DNA from: an uncultured Gemmatimonadaceae bacterium | Lineage (GTDB): Bacteria; Gemmatimonadota; Gemmatimonadetes; Gemmatimonadales; Gemmatimonadaceae | DNA length: 64,000 nucleotides | NCBI GenBank assembly: GCA_963761305.1 | Contig: CAVXGK010000001.1 | Location: 512,001-576,000 of the forward strand | Reading direction: 5' to 3' | Part shown: positions 28,112 through 38,500 of the stretch, in pieces | How the letters are laid out: every line of letters begins with the position of its first letter | Numbering within the stretch: the first letter of the stretch is position 1 | The notes under the pieces: generated by a model | Seen by the model: only the letters and a program-made list of their open reading frames with translations | What the model was told of the DNA's origin: nothing | Databases searched by the model: none | Position numbers and translations under genes: made by a program

Positions 28112-29820
28112 GAAACGCTCCTGGTGTTGAGCGGCGTGTCGTGCGTGCCGCGACCGTTCTGCGTGCTCGGGAGAATCACGGTGAAGCGCGTGCCGTGCGG
28201 GTTGCTGTCGACGAGGACGAGTCCGCGATGCGCCTCGATGGCGCGATGCACGACCGCGAGGCCGAGCCCCGTGCCGTTCGATTTGGTGGTGAAGAACGGA
28301 TCGAACATGCGGTCGCGCACCTCGGCGGGAATGCCGGGGCCGGCGTCGCTCACCCGCAGCGAGACCGGGGCGGAATCGAAGCGGAAGCCGGCGGGAACCG
28401 GATCGAGCGGACCGCGAGACACCTCGATGCGGACCTCGCTGCCCGGCGGCGCGGCCTGCACGGCATTGAGCGCGAGGTTGAACACCGCGCGGTGCAGCAG
28501 GTCTTCGTCGCCGTCGAGGGAAATGCGCCCGACATCGGGCTCCTGGAAGGTGACGCGGACGCTGGCGTCGCGATCGGGGTGCGTGTCGGCGAGCCGGGCG
28601 GCGCCGCGGGCGACGGCGGCCAGATCGATCGGCTTCGTCTTGGCGACGCGCACGCGCGCGAAGTCGAGGAACTCGGACAGCAGCCGCGAGAGCCGGTCCG
28701 ACTCCTTCATGACCAGCACGCTGAGCGTTCTTTGATCGTCGGAGGCCGCGGGCATGCGCCCGATCTGCTCCACGGCGCTGCGGATCGACGCCAGCGGGTT
28801 CTTGATCTCGTGCGCCAGTGAGGCGCTCAGCTCGGCGATGCCCTCGAGGCGCTCGGCGCGCAGCCGCAGCGCGTCCATGCGCTTCTGGTCCGAGAGATCC
28901 TGAAAGATCGCCGTGGCGGTGCGCCGGCCGGCGTCGTGTTCATGGTCCGTGTACGTGGTCGTCACGCCGATTGGAAAACGGCGGATAGCGTTCGAGACGG
29001 TTCCTTCGCCGCGGGTCGTTCGCGCCTTGGTTTCGGCGGCCAATTGGATCGCGACCGCGAGCTCCGGCGCCACGCGCCTGATCGGCTCGACGATCTCCTC
29101 GCCCAGCCGCGAGACGAGCGTGATGCCGAGCAGCTGCTCGGCGGTGGGATTCGCGTAGAGCAGGCGCCCTTCGGCGTTCACCGTAATGACGCCGCTGCGG
29201 ATGTTGCGGAGAATGTCGTCGGCCTGGAGGCGCGTCTGTTCGAGCGCCGCGGCGAGCATCAACTTCCCTTCTCCGCTCTCGCGGAGGCGGGCACTCAGGT
29301 AGCGAATGCCGAGCGTGACGAGCGCGATGACGGCCAGCTGAATCCAGACGCCGGGTTCACTGAGCGGCGAGTGGAGGAGGACGACGACGTCGACGAAATA
29401 GAAAGTGATGCCCAGTGCGGCGATGCTGAGTCCGCCGCTGGCGGGTACGAGCAGCGACGCGGTGGCGATCACCAGGATGTAGACGGCCGCGAAGGGCGAC
29501 GACGTGCCGTTCGTCAGGTGGACGACCGCCGTCACCAGCAGGAGGTCGAACACCGCTTGCATATATAGGAAGGCCTGCCCGAATCGTTTCCGATATATTT
29601 CGGTGTAGCCGGCGGAACCCACGGTGACGATGGCCGAAATGGCGAAGGCCAGCGACGCGACCAGCGTCTTGCTGCGGTCGACCGACGTCCAATTCAGGAC
29701 CGCGGCGATGAAGATCGCCGTCGCGAGGCACAGACGGCCGATCAGGACCCAGCGCAGGAGCCTGCGGGGGTCGAGAATCGCCTTGAGCGCCGGATCGGTC
29801 GAGCGGGGAGTGAGACGCAC
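28108..29820 (-). CDS. pilS: Sensor histidine kinase, PilS-like (TM helices + PAS + HisKA + HATPase)
   Basis: PilS-type TM region (DLLLVTAVVHLTNGTSSPF), LAHEIKNPL, NLALNA, DAGPGI, FDPFFTTK..GTGLGL. GTG 29820 chosen as start. Confidence 0.88.
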   Translation of the reverse strand: MRLTPRSTDPALKAILDPRRLLRWVLIGRLCLATAIFIAAVLNWTSVDRSKTLVASLAFAISAIVTVGSAGYTEIYRKRFGQAFLYMQAVFDLLLVTAVVHLTNGTSSPFAAVYILVIATASLLVPASGGLSIAALGITFYFVDVVVLLHSPLSEPGVWIQLAVIALVTLGIRYLSARLRESGEGKLMLAAALEQTRLQADDILRNIRSGVITVNAEGRLLYANPTAEQLLGITLVSRLGEEIVEPIRRVAPELAVAIQLAAETKARTTRGEGTVSNAIRRFPIGVTTTYTDHEHDAGRRTATAIFQDLSDQKRMDALRLRAERLEGIAELSASLAHEIKNPLASIRSAVEQIGRMPAASDDQRTLSVLVMKESDRLSRLLSEFLDFARVRVAKTKPIDLAAVARGAARLADTHPDRDASVRVTFQEPDVGRISLDGDEDLLHRAVFNLALNAVQAAPPGSEVRIEVSRGPLDPVPAGFRFDSAPVSLRVSDAGPGIPAEVRDRMFDPFFTTKSNGTGLGLAVVHRAIEAHRGLVLVDSNPHGTRFTVILPSTQNGRGTHDTPLNTRSVS

Positions 29821-29831
29821 GGAGGCTGGGT

Positions 29832-29880
29832 TTGCAAACTGCCAGAGAGGGGCGGCCGACCAAACCGTTGCAAACCGCCA
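29832..29880. promoter_or_regulatory. Twin TTGCAAACYGCCA sites (candidate PilR binding sites)
   Basis: 29832-29844 and 29868-29880; a 12/13 match also lies at 22533-22545, upstream of pilA. Confidence 0.5.
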
Positions 29881-30026
29881 CACGCGCTACCGCATGGAGA
29901 CGATTCCGGGGGCGTGTCGTTTCGCGGCGTCCTGGATGGGCCGGGGCCGCGCGGGCCGGGAACCGGGCCGACGCGAGGCAACGCCGCAACTCATGATCAC
30001 ACGTGGTCTTGCGAGGCATCTGACTC

Positions 30027-30458
30027 GTGGCTGATTCGAGCTTTCTAAACATCGCGCCCGGCGTCGCGGTGCCGCGGTCGGAGCTGCAGTACCGGGCCTC
30101 GCGATCCGGAGGGCCCGGTGGTCAGCACGTGAATACCGCCTCGACCCGCATCGAGCTTCTCTGGAACCTCGAAGCGTCGCGCGTGCTCACCGACGAACAG
30201 CGAACGCGATTGCGCGAGCGCCTCGCCTCGCGCCTGGATTCGACGGGAGCGCTGCGTGTGGTGTCGAGCGCGAGGCGGAGTCAGCAGCAGAACAAGCAGG
30301 CGGCCGACGAGCGACTCGCCGCGCTCGTACGCCATGCGCTCCACGTGCCGAAGCGCCGGCGCGTGACGAAACGGCCCAAGGCGGCCAATGAAAGGCGCAT
30401 ATCTGAGAAAAAGCATCGCGGAACTCTCAAACGCGACCGGCGAGCTCAAGCGGATTGA
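30027..30458 (+). CDS. arfB: Alternative ribosome rescue peptidyl-tRNA hydrolase
   Basis: RSGGPGGQHVN (GGQ), RSQQQNK, basic C-terminal tail. Confidence 0.95.
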   Translation: MADSSFLNIAPGVAVPRSELQYRASRSGGPGGQHVNTASTRIELLWNLEASRVLTDEQRTRLRERLASRLDSTGALRVVSSARRSQQQNKQAADERLAALVRHALHVPKRRRVTKRPKAANERRISEKKHRGTLKRDRRAQAD

Positions 30459-30670
30459 CGAGACCCTTGCGATTCCGACGTGACAATCGGATGATCTCCG
30501 GGAGTTAGTCACGTACACTGCGACGCGCGCGGTCCGCGTTCGTGGGGAAAGCACCTACTAAAAAAGTTGGAGCAGCACTCACGTAGCAGTGCGCGCGGCG
30601 AACCCGCTCGCGCGCGCCAATGGGTGCGTCAGCCACTCGCACCCCCCACCCAGGGGAGAGGAGGCAGCAA

Positions 30671-33600
30671 ATGCGATTCATCAGGCCACGCGGCCTCGCC
30701 GCCGGCATTGTGTCGGCCGCGCTCATCACAACCGCGGGCGCCGTCGCGGCCGCGCAAGGTACAGTCAGCGGAACCGTCACCGCACAGGGCACCGGCGCTC
30801 CGGTGCAAGACGTGCGCGTGCTGGTCACCGGCACGAGCCTGGTCGCCACGACGGGACCCGACGGGAAGTACGCCGTGCGGCGCGTGCCCGCCGGCACGGC
30901 GGAGATCAATGTGCTGCGCGTGGGATTTCAGGCGCAGAAAAAATCGGTGCGCATCCTCGACGGACAAACCGCCACGCTCGATTTCACGATGGCGCAGAGC
31001 GTCGTGCAGCTCGACGAAGTCGTGAGCACGGCAACCGGCGATCAACGTCGCGTGGAGATCGGCAACGCGGTCGACAACGTGAGCGTCTCCAAGCTCACCG
31101 AATCGGAGCCGATTCGAAATCTCGCGGACGTGCTGAACGCGCGCGTGCCCGGTGTGATGGTCGAGGGCGGCGGGCAGACGGGATCGGGTCAACGCATCCG
31201 GATCCGCGGTGTCAGCTCGGTCAGCCTGTCGAACGATCCGATCTACATCATCGACGGCATCCGCATGGACGCCAACAACAGCTCGACGGCGTTCGGCAAC
31301 GGCGGCAGCAACTTCAGCCGGCTCGGTGACATCGATCCGCAAACGATCGAGAATATCGAAATTGTGAAGGGTCCGTCGGCCGCGACGCTCTACGGCACGG
31401 ACGCCGCGAACGGCGTCGTCGTCATCACGACGAAGAAGGGGCGCACCGGCTCCACGCGGTGGACGACGTTCGCCGAAGGCGGGATTCTCGACGACACGCA
31501 CGACTACTTCACCAACTACACGCTGGCCGGCCACAGCCCGAGCGGCGCGCCCCTCATTCAATCCGGGCAGTGCACGCTGCCGCTGGTGGCCGCGGGCACA
31601 TGTATCAAGGACAGCCTGCGCACGTATAGTCCAATTTCGGACCCGAACAACACGCCGCTCGGCTACGGCAATCGCAACGCCGGGGGCGTGCAGGTCTCGG
31701 GCGGAACCGACGCGGTCCGGTACTTCATGTCGGCCGGCCGCGACAACGAGATCGGCGTCTTCCAGCTACCCAAGTTCGAGTACACGCGCTACGACACGAC
31801 GGGCGCCACGCCGGCCGATTGGACGGTGCGTCCGAACGCGCGTCTCTTGAACAGCTTTCGTGGCAACCTGAGCGCGACGATCTCGCCGACGATGGACGCG
31901 ACTTTGAACTTCGGGTACACGACCGTCGCCCAGCGAACGAGCAACGAATCCAACAACACGGTGGGTGTCGGCTCGCAGGCGTTCGGCGGTCCTGGCTATG
32001 AGCAAAATGGGCTCTTGAGCATCGTCGGCACGCCGCTCCACGGCTATCGCGCCTGGACGCCCGGCTACACGTGGGAGGAATTGCTCGCCCAGAACGTGAA
32101 CCGCACCATCCTCAGTTCCAACATCAATTGGCGGCCGACGAGCTGGCTGCAGACGCGCGCCAACATCGGCACGGACATGGCGGACCGCGTCGACGAAGAT
32201 CTGAACATGAACGGCGAAGGCGCGCCGATCACGGCGACGCAGCGCGACGGATTCGCCGACAATGCGCGGACGAACATCGCCAATCTGTCCGCCGACCTTG
32301 GTGCGACGGCCAACTACAATCCATCGCGTTATCGCTGGCTGGGCCTCAAGACCACGCTCGGCGCACAGTACGTGAACTCGCGTCAGGATCAGAACCTGGC
32401 GGCGGGCACGACGCTCCCACCTGGGGCGCAGACGGCGGGCGCCGGCGCGACGGCGACCGCCACTGAGGCGACGACGCTCACGAAGACGTTGGGCGTTTTC
32501 GTCGAAGAAGACGCGGCCATCCGTGACCGGTTGTTCTTGACCGGCGCCGTTCGAACGGACCAGAACAGCGCGTTCGGTACCAAGTTCCAGCGCGTGTACT
32601 ACCCCAAGGGAAGCCTCTCGTGGGTCATGTCCGACGAAGACTTCTTCCCGCACGGCGGATTGTTCAGTCACGTCACCAGCTTCCGGCCGCGCCTGGCCTA
32701 CGGCGCCTCGGGCGTGCAGCCGGGTTCCAACACCGCGGACCGGACGTTCCAGGCAGCGAAGTCCAACATCAAGGGTCTCGACCAGTCGTTCGAGGCGTTT
32801 CAGACGATCGGCGACGACTCGTTGCGCCCCGAGCGATCGACGGAGTGGGAAACCGGATTCGATTCGCGGCTGTTCGGCAATCGGGTCCAGTTCGATCTCA
32901 CGTATTTCTCGCGTCTCACGCACGACGCGTTGATCGCGGCGATCGTCGCTCCGTCGACGGGCATCGGCGGCACGAGCCAGCAGCAGAATCTCGGTTCCAT
33001 CAAGAACGCCGGCTGGGAAGCGACCTTCGGCGGAACGCTGATCGATACCCGGAACTTCGGGTTCGACTTCCAGCTCACCACGTCGTTGCTGGCGAACAAA
33101 GTCGTGAGCCTCGGGAACACCCAGACCCAGATCGGAACGACGAATTGGGTGGCGGCAGGCTACCCGATTCGCGGACTGTTCGCTCGGCCAATCCTCGGAT
33201 GGAACGACAAGAACCACGACGGAATCCTGACCTACAGCCCCGACAGCGCGCTCAACGAAGTGTTCGTCGGCAAGGACACGATTTTCCGAGGGTACGCGGA
33301 ACCTCGCTACCTGACGTCGCTCACGTCGGGACTCGAGCTGTTCCAGCGACATCTTCGCATCCAGAGCTTGTTCGACTGGCGCGGTGGAAACCTGTGGTAC
33401 AACAACACGGAGCGAATTCGCTGCGTGAGCCGCCAGAACTGCAACGGCCTCATGAATCCGAATGCGTCGTTCCAAGAGCAGGCGATGGTCGTCGCGACGC
33501 TCAACGATCCGTCGCACACGCTCGACGGGTTCCTGCAGCCGGGCGCGTTCGTGAAGTGGCGCGAAGCGTCGGCGACGCTGACACTGCCCAATCGCGCGGC

Positions 33601-33787
33601 GGAGATGCTCCGCGCCCGCACGGCGAGCTTCGTCTTCTCGGCGCGCAACCTCTACACGTGGACGAAGTACCGCGGCACCGATCCGGAGAGCGACTTCGCG
33701 GTCGGCGAGGGCGGCGATGCGCCGTCCGAGTTCCAGACGTTCGCGCAGCCTACGTACTTCATTTTCCGCCTCAACCTGGGCTTCTGA
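30671..33787 (+). CDS. SusC/RagA-family TonB-linked outer membrane protein
   Basis: GGAGG before ATG 30671; IRIRG..NDPIYIIDG, IEIVKGPSAATLYG..AANGVVVITTKKG, LRPERSTEWETG; terminal Phe. Confidence 0.95.
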   Translation: MRFIRPRGLAAGIVSAALITTAGAVAAAQGTVSGTVTAQGTGAPVQDVRVLVTGTSLVATTGPDGKYAVRRVPAGTAEINVLRVGFQAQKKSVRILDGQTATLDFTMAQSVVQLDEVVSTATGDQRRVEIGNAVDNVSVSKLTESEPIRNLADVLNARVPGVMVEGGGQTGSGQRIRIRGVSSVSLSNDPIYIIDGIRMDANNSSTAFGNGGSNFSRLGDIDPQTIENIEIVKGPSAATLYGTDAANGVVVITTKKGRTGSTRWTTFAEGGILDDTHDYFTNYTLAGHSPSGAPLIQSGQCTLPLVAAGTCIKDSLRTYSPISDPNNTPLGYGNRNAGGVQVSGGTDAVRYFMSAGRDNEIGVFQLPKFEYTRYDTTGATPADWTVRPNARLLNSFRGNLSATISPTMDATLNFGYTTVAQRTSNESNNTVGVGSQAFGGPGYEQNGLLSIVGTPLHGYRAWTPGYTWEELLAQNVNRTILSSNINWRPTSWLQTRANIGTDMADRVDEDLNMNGEGAPITATQRDGFADNARTNIANLSADLGATANYNPSRYRWLGLKTTLGAQYVNSRQDQNLAAGTTLPPGAQTAGAGATATATEATTLTKTLGVFVEEDAAIRDRLFLTGAVRTDQNSAFGTKFQRVYYPKGSLSWVMSDEDFFPHGGLFSHVTSFRPRLAYGASGVQPGSNTADRTFQAAKSNIKGLDQSFEAFQTIGDDSLRPERSTEWETGFDSRLFGNRVQFDLTYFSRLTHDALIAAIVAPSTGIGGTSQQQNLGSIKNAGWEATFGGTLIDTRNFGFDFQLTTSLLANKVVSLGNTQTQIGTTNWVAAGYPIRGLFARPILGWNDKNHDGILTYSPDSALNEVFVGKDTIFRGYAEPRYLTSLTSGLELFQRHLRIQSLFDWRGGNLWYNNTERIRCVSRQNCNGLMNPNASFQEQAMVVATLNDPSHTLDGFLQPGAFVKWREASATLTLPNRAAEMLRARTASFVFSARNLYTWTKYRGTDPESDFAVGEGGDAPSEFQTFAQPTYFIFRLNLGF

Positions 33788-33790
33788 TCG

Positions 33791-35209
33791 ATGCCAAATA
33801 TTCGACACACCCTCAGAAGCCGCCGCGGCCTCCTGGCGGCGGCGGCGATCGCCGCCCTCGCGACTCTCGCGGCGTGCGATGCATGGAAGAACGATTTGTT
33901 GGAAGCGCCCGACCCCGACGTGATCGATCCGTCGAGTGTGCAGTCGGCGGCGGGGGCAACCTCGGTCCGCTTGGGTGCCTTGGCGCGGTTGCGACTGGCC
34001 ACCGTCGGATCCGGCAACGCAGGTTCCGAAGGCACGTGGCTGATGGGCGGCCTGTTGGCTGACGAGTGGTCGACGTCGTCCACGTTCGTGCAGAACGACG
34101 AAGTGGACGAACGACAGACGTCGCTGAGCAACAGCTCGGTCGACGGTTCGCTACGAGCCATCTATCGAGTGCGCACGTCGGCGAATCAGGCGATCGGGCT
34201 GTTGAACAAGTTCAAGGCGACGCCCGCTTCGGACATTGGCGAGATGTACTTCGCGCGTGGCTTTTCCGAGTTGCAGTTGGCGTTGGATTTCTGCAACGGT
34301 ATTCCGTTGAGCGACGCGGCCGGCGACAACGTGGTGCTCGGAAAGCCGTTGACCGTCGCCGAGGTGTTGAATGTCGCGGTGGCGTCGCTCGACTCGGCGA
34401 TCGCATTGTCATCGGCGACCGATACTGCCTCGGTGACCGTCAACCGGGCGGCGAAGGTCGCGCGCGGGCGCGCGTTGATGGCGCTGAACCGTCCGGCGGA
34501 CGCCGCCACGGCAGTGGCCGGGGTTCCGACGAGCTTCTCCTACGACGCGACATCGTCGACCACGAGCCAAAACGGTATTTGGAACCAAGGGCTCAGCCAA
34601 CGCCGGTACACCATCGGCGACAGCCTGGAAGGAAACGCCCACAACCTGCTGGTCAAGAACGCCATTCCTTTCTACTCATTGCACGACCCAAGGCTGCCGG
34701 CGAGCTATACGATCAGCGCAAAGGGAGACACGACGAAGTCGCAGGACGGACTCACGTACTCCCGCACGACGACACTCTACAACCAGACGACGTCGATTTC
34801 GGTTGTGAACGGCATCGACGCCCGGCTCCTCGAGGCGGAAGCGGCTCTCCGCAACAACGATGCGGCGACGATGATTTCGACCCTCAACGCGCTGCGGGCA
34901 GCTCCGCAGACGCTGGGGACTGTCACGACGTCGCCGTCGGCGTTGGCCCCCCTCACCGACCCGGGCACGGCCGACGGCCGACTCACTCTGCTGTTCCGGG
35001 AGAAGGCGCTTTGGACCTTCAGTCGTGGCCAGCGGCTTGGCGACCTGCGGCGACTGATCCGGCAGTACAACAAGACGGCGGACCAGGTGTTTCCGATCGG
35101 CACGCACTATCGGGGAACGACATACGGCGCGGACGTGAACCTGCCGATCACCACCGGCGAGTCGAACGGCAATCCAAACTTTACGGCGTGTCTCGATCGA
35201 AACGCGTAA
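33791..35209 (+). CDS. SusD/RagB-family lipoprotein
   Basis: Lipobox LAAC; ADEW, LLEAEAAL, LNALRA, RGQRLGDLRR; immediately follows susC. Confidence 0.9.
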   Translation: MPNIRHTLRSRRGLLAAAAIAALATLAACDAWKNDLLEAPDPDVIDPSSVQSAAGATSVRLGALARLRLATVGSGNAGSEGTWLMGGLLADEWSTSSTFVQNDEVDERQTSLSNSSVDGSLRAIYRVRTSANQAIGLLNKFKATPASDIGEMYFARGFSELQLALDFCNGIPLSDAAGDNVVLGKPLTVAEVLNVAVASLDSAIALSSATDTASVTVNRAAKVARGRALMALNRPADAATAVAGVPTSFSYDATSSTTSQNGIWNQGLSQRRYTIGDSLEGNAHNLLVKNAIPFYSLHDPRLPASYTISAKGDTTKSQDGLTYSRTTTLYNQTTSISVVNGIDARLLEAEAALRNNDAATMISTLNALRAAPQTLGTVTTSPSALAPLTDPGTADGRLTLLFREKALWTFSRGQRLGDLRRLIRQYNKTADQVFPIGTHYRGTTYGADVNLPITTGESNGNPNFTACLDRNA

Positions 35210-35210
35210 A

Positions 35211-35343
35211 ACCGGTGGACCGGTGGACCGGTAAGAGCAAAAGGCGAAGGAAAAAGCGAACAGCGGGGGGTGACCAAACCTCCCGCTGTTCGTTTTTCCT
35301 GCCCGTTTCCTCTCGTCCCACCTGTCCACCTGTCCACCCGTCC
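35211..35343. repeat. Dispersed element copy A: inward-facing octamer arrays around a hairpin (probable terminator)
   Basis: (ACCGGTGG)2 ACCGGTAAG ... AGGAAAAAGCGAACAGCGGG / CCCGCTGTTCGTTTTTCCT ... (GTCCACCT/C)n. Confidence 0.85.
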
Positions 35344-35350
35344 GCCACCC

Positions 35351-35367
35351 CTGGCAGGGGGCATGCT
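35351..35367 (+). promoter_or_regulatory. Putative sigma-54 promoter
   Basis: CTGGCAGGGGGCATGCT = TGGCA...GC with exact GG-N10-GC spacing, about 230 bp upstream of the next gene. Confidence 0.5.
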
Positions 35368-35593
35368 CTATTTACGTGTCATTTCTTTCGGCGGGGAACG
35401 TCGCGGTCGCTGGTAGGTTTGGTTCGGGCAACTCGGGTCAGCACCGCCGAGCAGACCCATCGGCATCTTGACGCACGTACTGGGTAGCGTAGTCCTTTCA
35501 CGGTGGTACTTCCCGGAGGCTGTCTCCGGGAAAACAGGGGTCGTTCGTCGCTGGGAACGACCTCCTTCTGCGGCTCGGTCCGCGGGACTTTCA

Positions 35594-38500
35594 ATGGCTC
35601 GATTTCGTTTGGGCTGGTCGGCTGTCGTTACGCCGATGTTGCTACTCGCCACCACGGCCCCGGCGAGAGCCCAGGACTACTTCGGCCGCAACAAAGTCCA
35701 GTATGAATCGTTCGACTGGCGCATCCTCAAGTCGGACCACTTCGACAACTTTTTCTACCCGCCTGAATCGACGATCGTCCACGACGCGGCGCGCATGGCC
35801 GAGCGCTGGTACTCGCGCCATTCGGACACGTTCCGACACGCGTTCGACCGCAAGTCGCTGATTTTCTACGCCGACCAGCCCGACTTCGAGCAGACGAACG
35901 TCGTCAGCGAGCAGATCGAAGAAGGCACGGGCGGCGTCACCGAGTCGAACCGCACGCGCGTCATCATGCCGTTCGACGGCATCTACGCCGACAACGAACA
36001 CGTGCTGGGCCACGAGCTCGTGCACGTCTTCCAGTACAACATCGCCGAGGGCACGCCGGGCGGCGGTTTGATGCGCCTCGACGCGCTGCCCCTCTGGCTC
36101 ATCGAAGGCATGGCCGAGTACTTCTCGCTCGGCCGAGAGGATCCGCTGACCGCGATGTGGATGCGCGATGCCGTGCAGCGGAACAAGTTCCCGACGATCA
36201 AGCAGCTCACGACCGATCCGCGCTTCTTCCCGTATCGCTACGGTCAGGCGCTTTGGGCGTACGTCGGCGGACGCTGGGGTGACCGCGCGATCGTCGAGGT
36301 CTACCGCACCGCCCTCCGTCTTGGCTGGGACGCCGCGCTCGTGCGCGTGCTGGGCGAGAGCCAGGATTCGCTGTCGAAGGACTGGGCCGCCGCGAACCGC
36401 GCCATGTTCCTGCCGCAGATCGCCGGACGCACGCATCCCGACAGCGTAGCGACCAAGCTCGTGGGACTCGCGCGGAGCAGCGACTACAACCTCGCGCCGA
36501 CGATCAGCCCGGATGGCAAGCTGTTCGCCTTCTTCTCGAGCCGGAATCTGTTCACGATCGACCTGTTCATGGGCGATGCGCAGACCGGCAAGATCATCAA
36601 GAAGCTCGGCGGACAGGAGAGCGATCCGCACTTCGACGCGATCAGTTTCGTGAACTCGGCGGGCGACTGGTCGCCCGACGACAGCAAGTTCGCGTTCATC
36701 GTCTACGCCGACGGCAATCAGGAAATCGCGATCCTCAACACGAAAACGACGAACGTCGAACGGCGCATCAAGCTGCCGGGCATCGGCGCCGTGAGTTCCG
36801 TGTCGTGGTCGCCCGACGGCCGCACGCTGGCGTTCTCCGGCCAGGCCGGCGGCATCAGCGATCTCTATTTGCTCGATCTCGAGAAGGGCACGATCAAGCA
36901 GCTCACCAACGACCGCTACGCCGACATCCAGCCGACGTGGTCGCCGGACGGCAAGACCATCGCCTTCTCGACCGACCGCGGACCGCAGACCGACTTTAAC
37001 AAGTTGACGTTCTCGCCGCTGCAGCTGGCGACGTACGACCTCGAGACAGGACGGATCAGCGTCTTCTCGCCGTTCGCGCACGGGAAGCACATCAACCCGC
37101 AGTTCTCGCCGGACGGAAAGGACATCTTCTTCGTCTCGGACCAGGACGGGTTCCCCGACATCTATCGGTTGAGTCTCGCGTCCGGCCAGGTGTTCCGAGT
37201 GACGCACGTGTCGACCGGCGTGAGCGGTATCACGGCGACCTCGCCGGCGATCTCCATCTCGCGCAAGACCGGCCGCCTGTTGTTCAACACGTTCTACGAC
37301 CAGGGCCACGAGATCCGGTCGATGTCGCTCGAGGATGCGCAGGGCACGCCAATGACCCCGGCGGCGTTCGCCGAGGGCGCGCAGCTGCCGCCGCCTCAGG
37401 TCACCAAGAGCCTCGTGCAGACCTATCTCGCCGACGCGACATCGGGGCTGCCGACCGGCAGCGAGTTCCAGTTCGTGCCCTATCACTCGTCGTTCTCGCT
37501 CGACGCCATCGGCCAGCCGAGCGTCGGCGCCGTCGCGGGCGGGCCGTTCGGTCCGGGCATTGTCGGCGGCGTGTCGATGTTGTTCGGCGACCAACTCAGT
37601 GACCGCCAGATCTTCACGGCCATTCAAGCCAACGGCACGGTGAAGGACATCGGCGGCGCGGTGCAGTACTACAACATGAAAAACCGCTGGAACTGGGGCG
37701 CGGGAATTCAACACATCCCGTATCTCACGGGCGGCGTGTTCCTCGACACGGCGGCGGCCGGCGGACCCGGCGGCTACAGCATCGATCAGCTCTTACAGCG
37801 CATCTACATCGATCAGGCGTCGGCGTTCACGCAGTACCCGTTCTCGTCGACTCGACGTCTCGAGATCTCCGGCAACATCACGCACTACGGGTTCGACACG
37901 CAGCTCTTTCGGACAATCTTCGACGGCGTCGGCGACATCGTCGACGAGGAGGAGTCGACGTTCAACACCGGGTTCCACCCCGTGTGGTTCGCCGAACCGT
38001 CGATCGCCCTCGTGACCGACAATTCGTTCGACGCGTTCACGTCGCCGGTCGAAGGCGCGCGGTCGCGAGTCCAGTACACGCTCACGACCGGCTCAGTCAC
38101 GTACAGCACCGGCCTCGTCGATCTGCGCAAATATTTCTTCATGCGTCCGTTCACGCTTGCGCTGCGCGGACTGTCGCTGGGCCGCTACGGCAAGGGCTCC
38201 GAGGACATGAACACGACGTGGCCGATCTATCTAGGCGACGAGACACTGATTCGCGGCTACGGCTACAACTCGTTCAACAGCACCGAATGCGTTGTGCAGA
38301 ACGCGTCGCCTCAAGCGCAAGCCGCGGGCTGCCCGGTGTTCGACCGTCTGTTCGGCAGCAAGGTGGGCGTGGTGAATGCCGAGTTCCGCATTCCGCTGTT
38401 CGGTGTGGAGGGATTCGGGCTGGTCAACTTTCCCTTCCTGCCAACCGAAGTCTCGCCGTTCTTCGACGCGGGCGTGTCGTACACGAACTCACAGTCGCCG

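Noticed and set aside
31766..33808. Long antisense or alternate-frame ORFs (e.g. 31766-33808, 41040-43145, 35642-37714, 13688-15565, 57721-59727)
   Set aside because: Arg/Ala-rich shadows of well-supported genes, expected in high-GC DNA; no family motifs.
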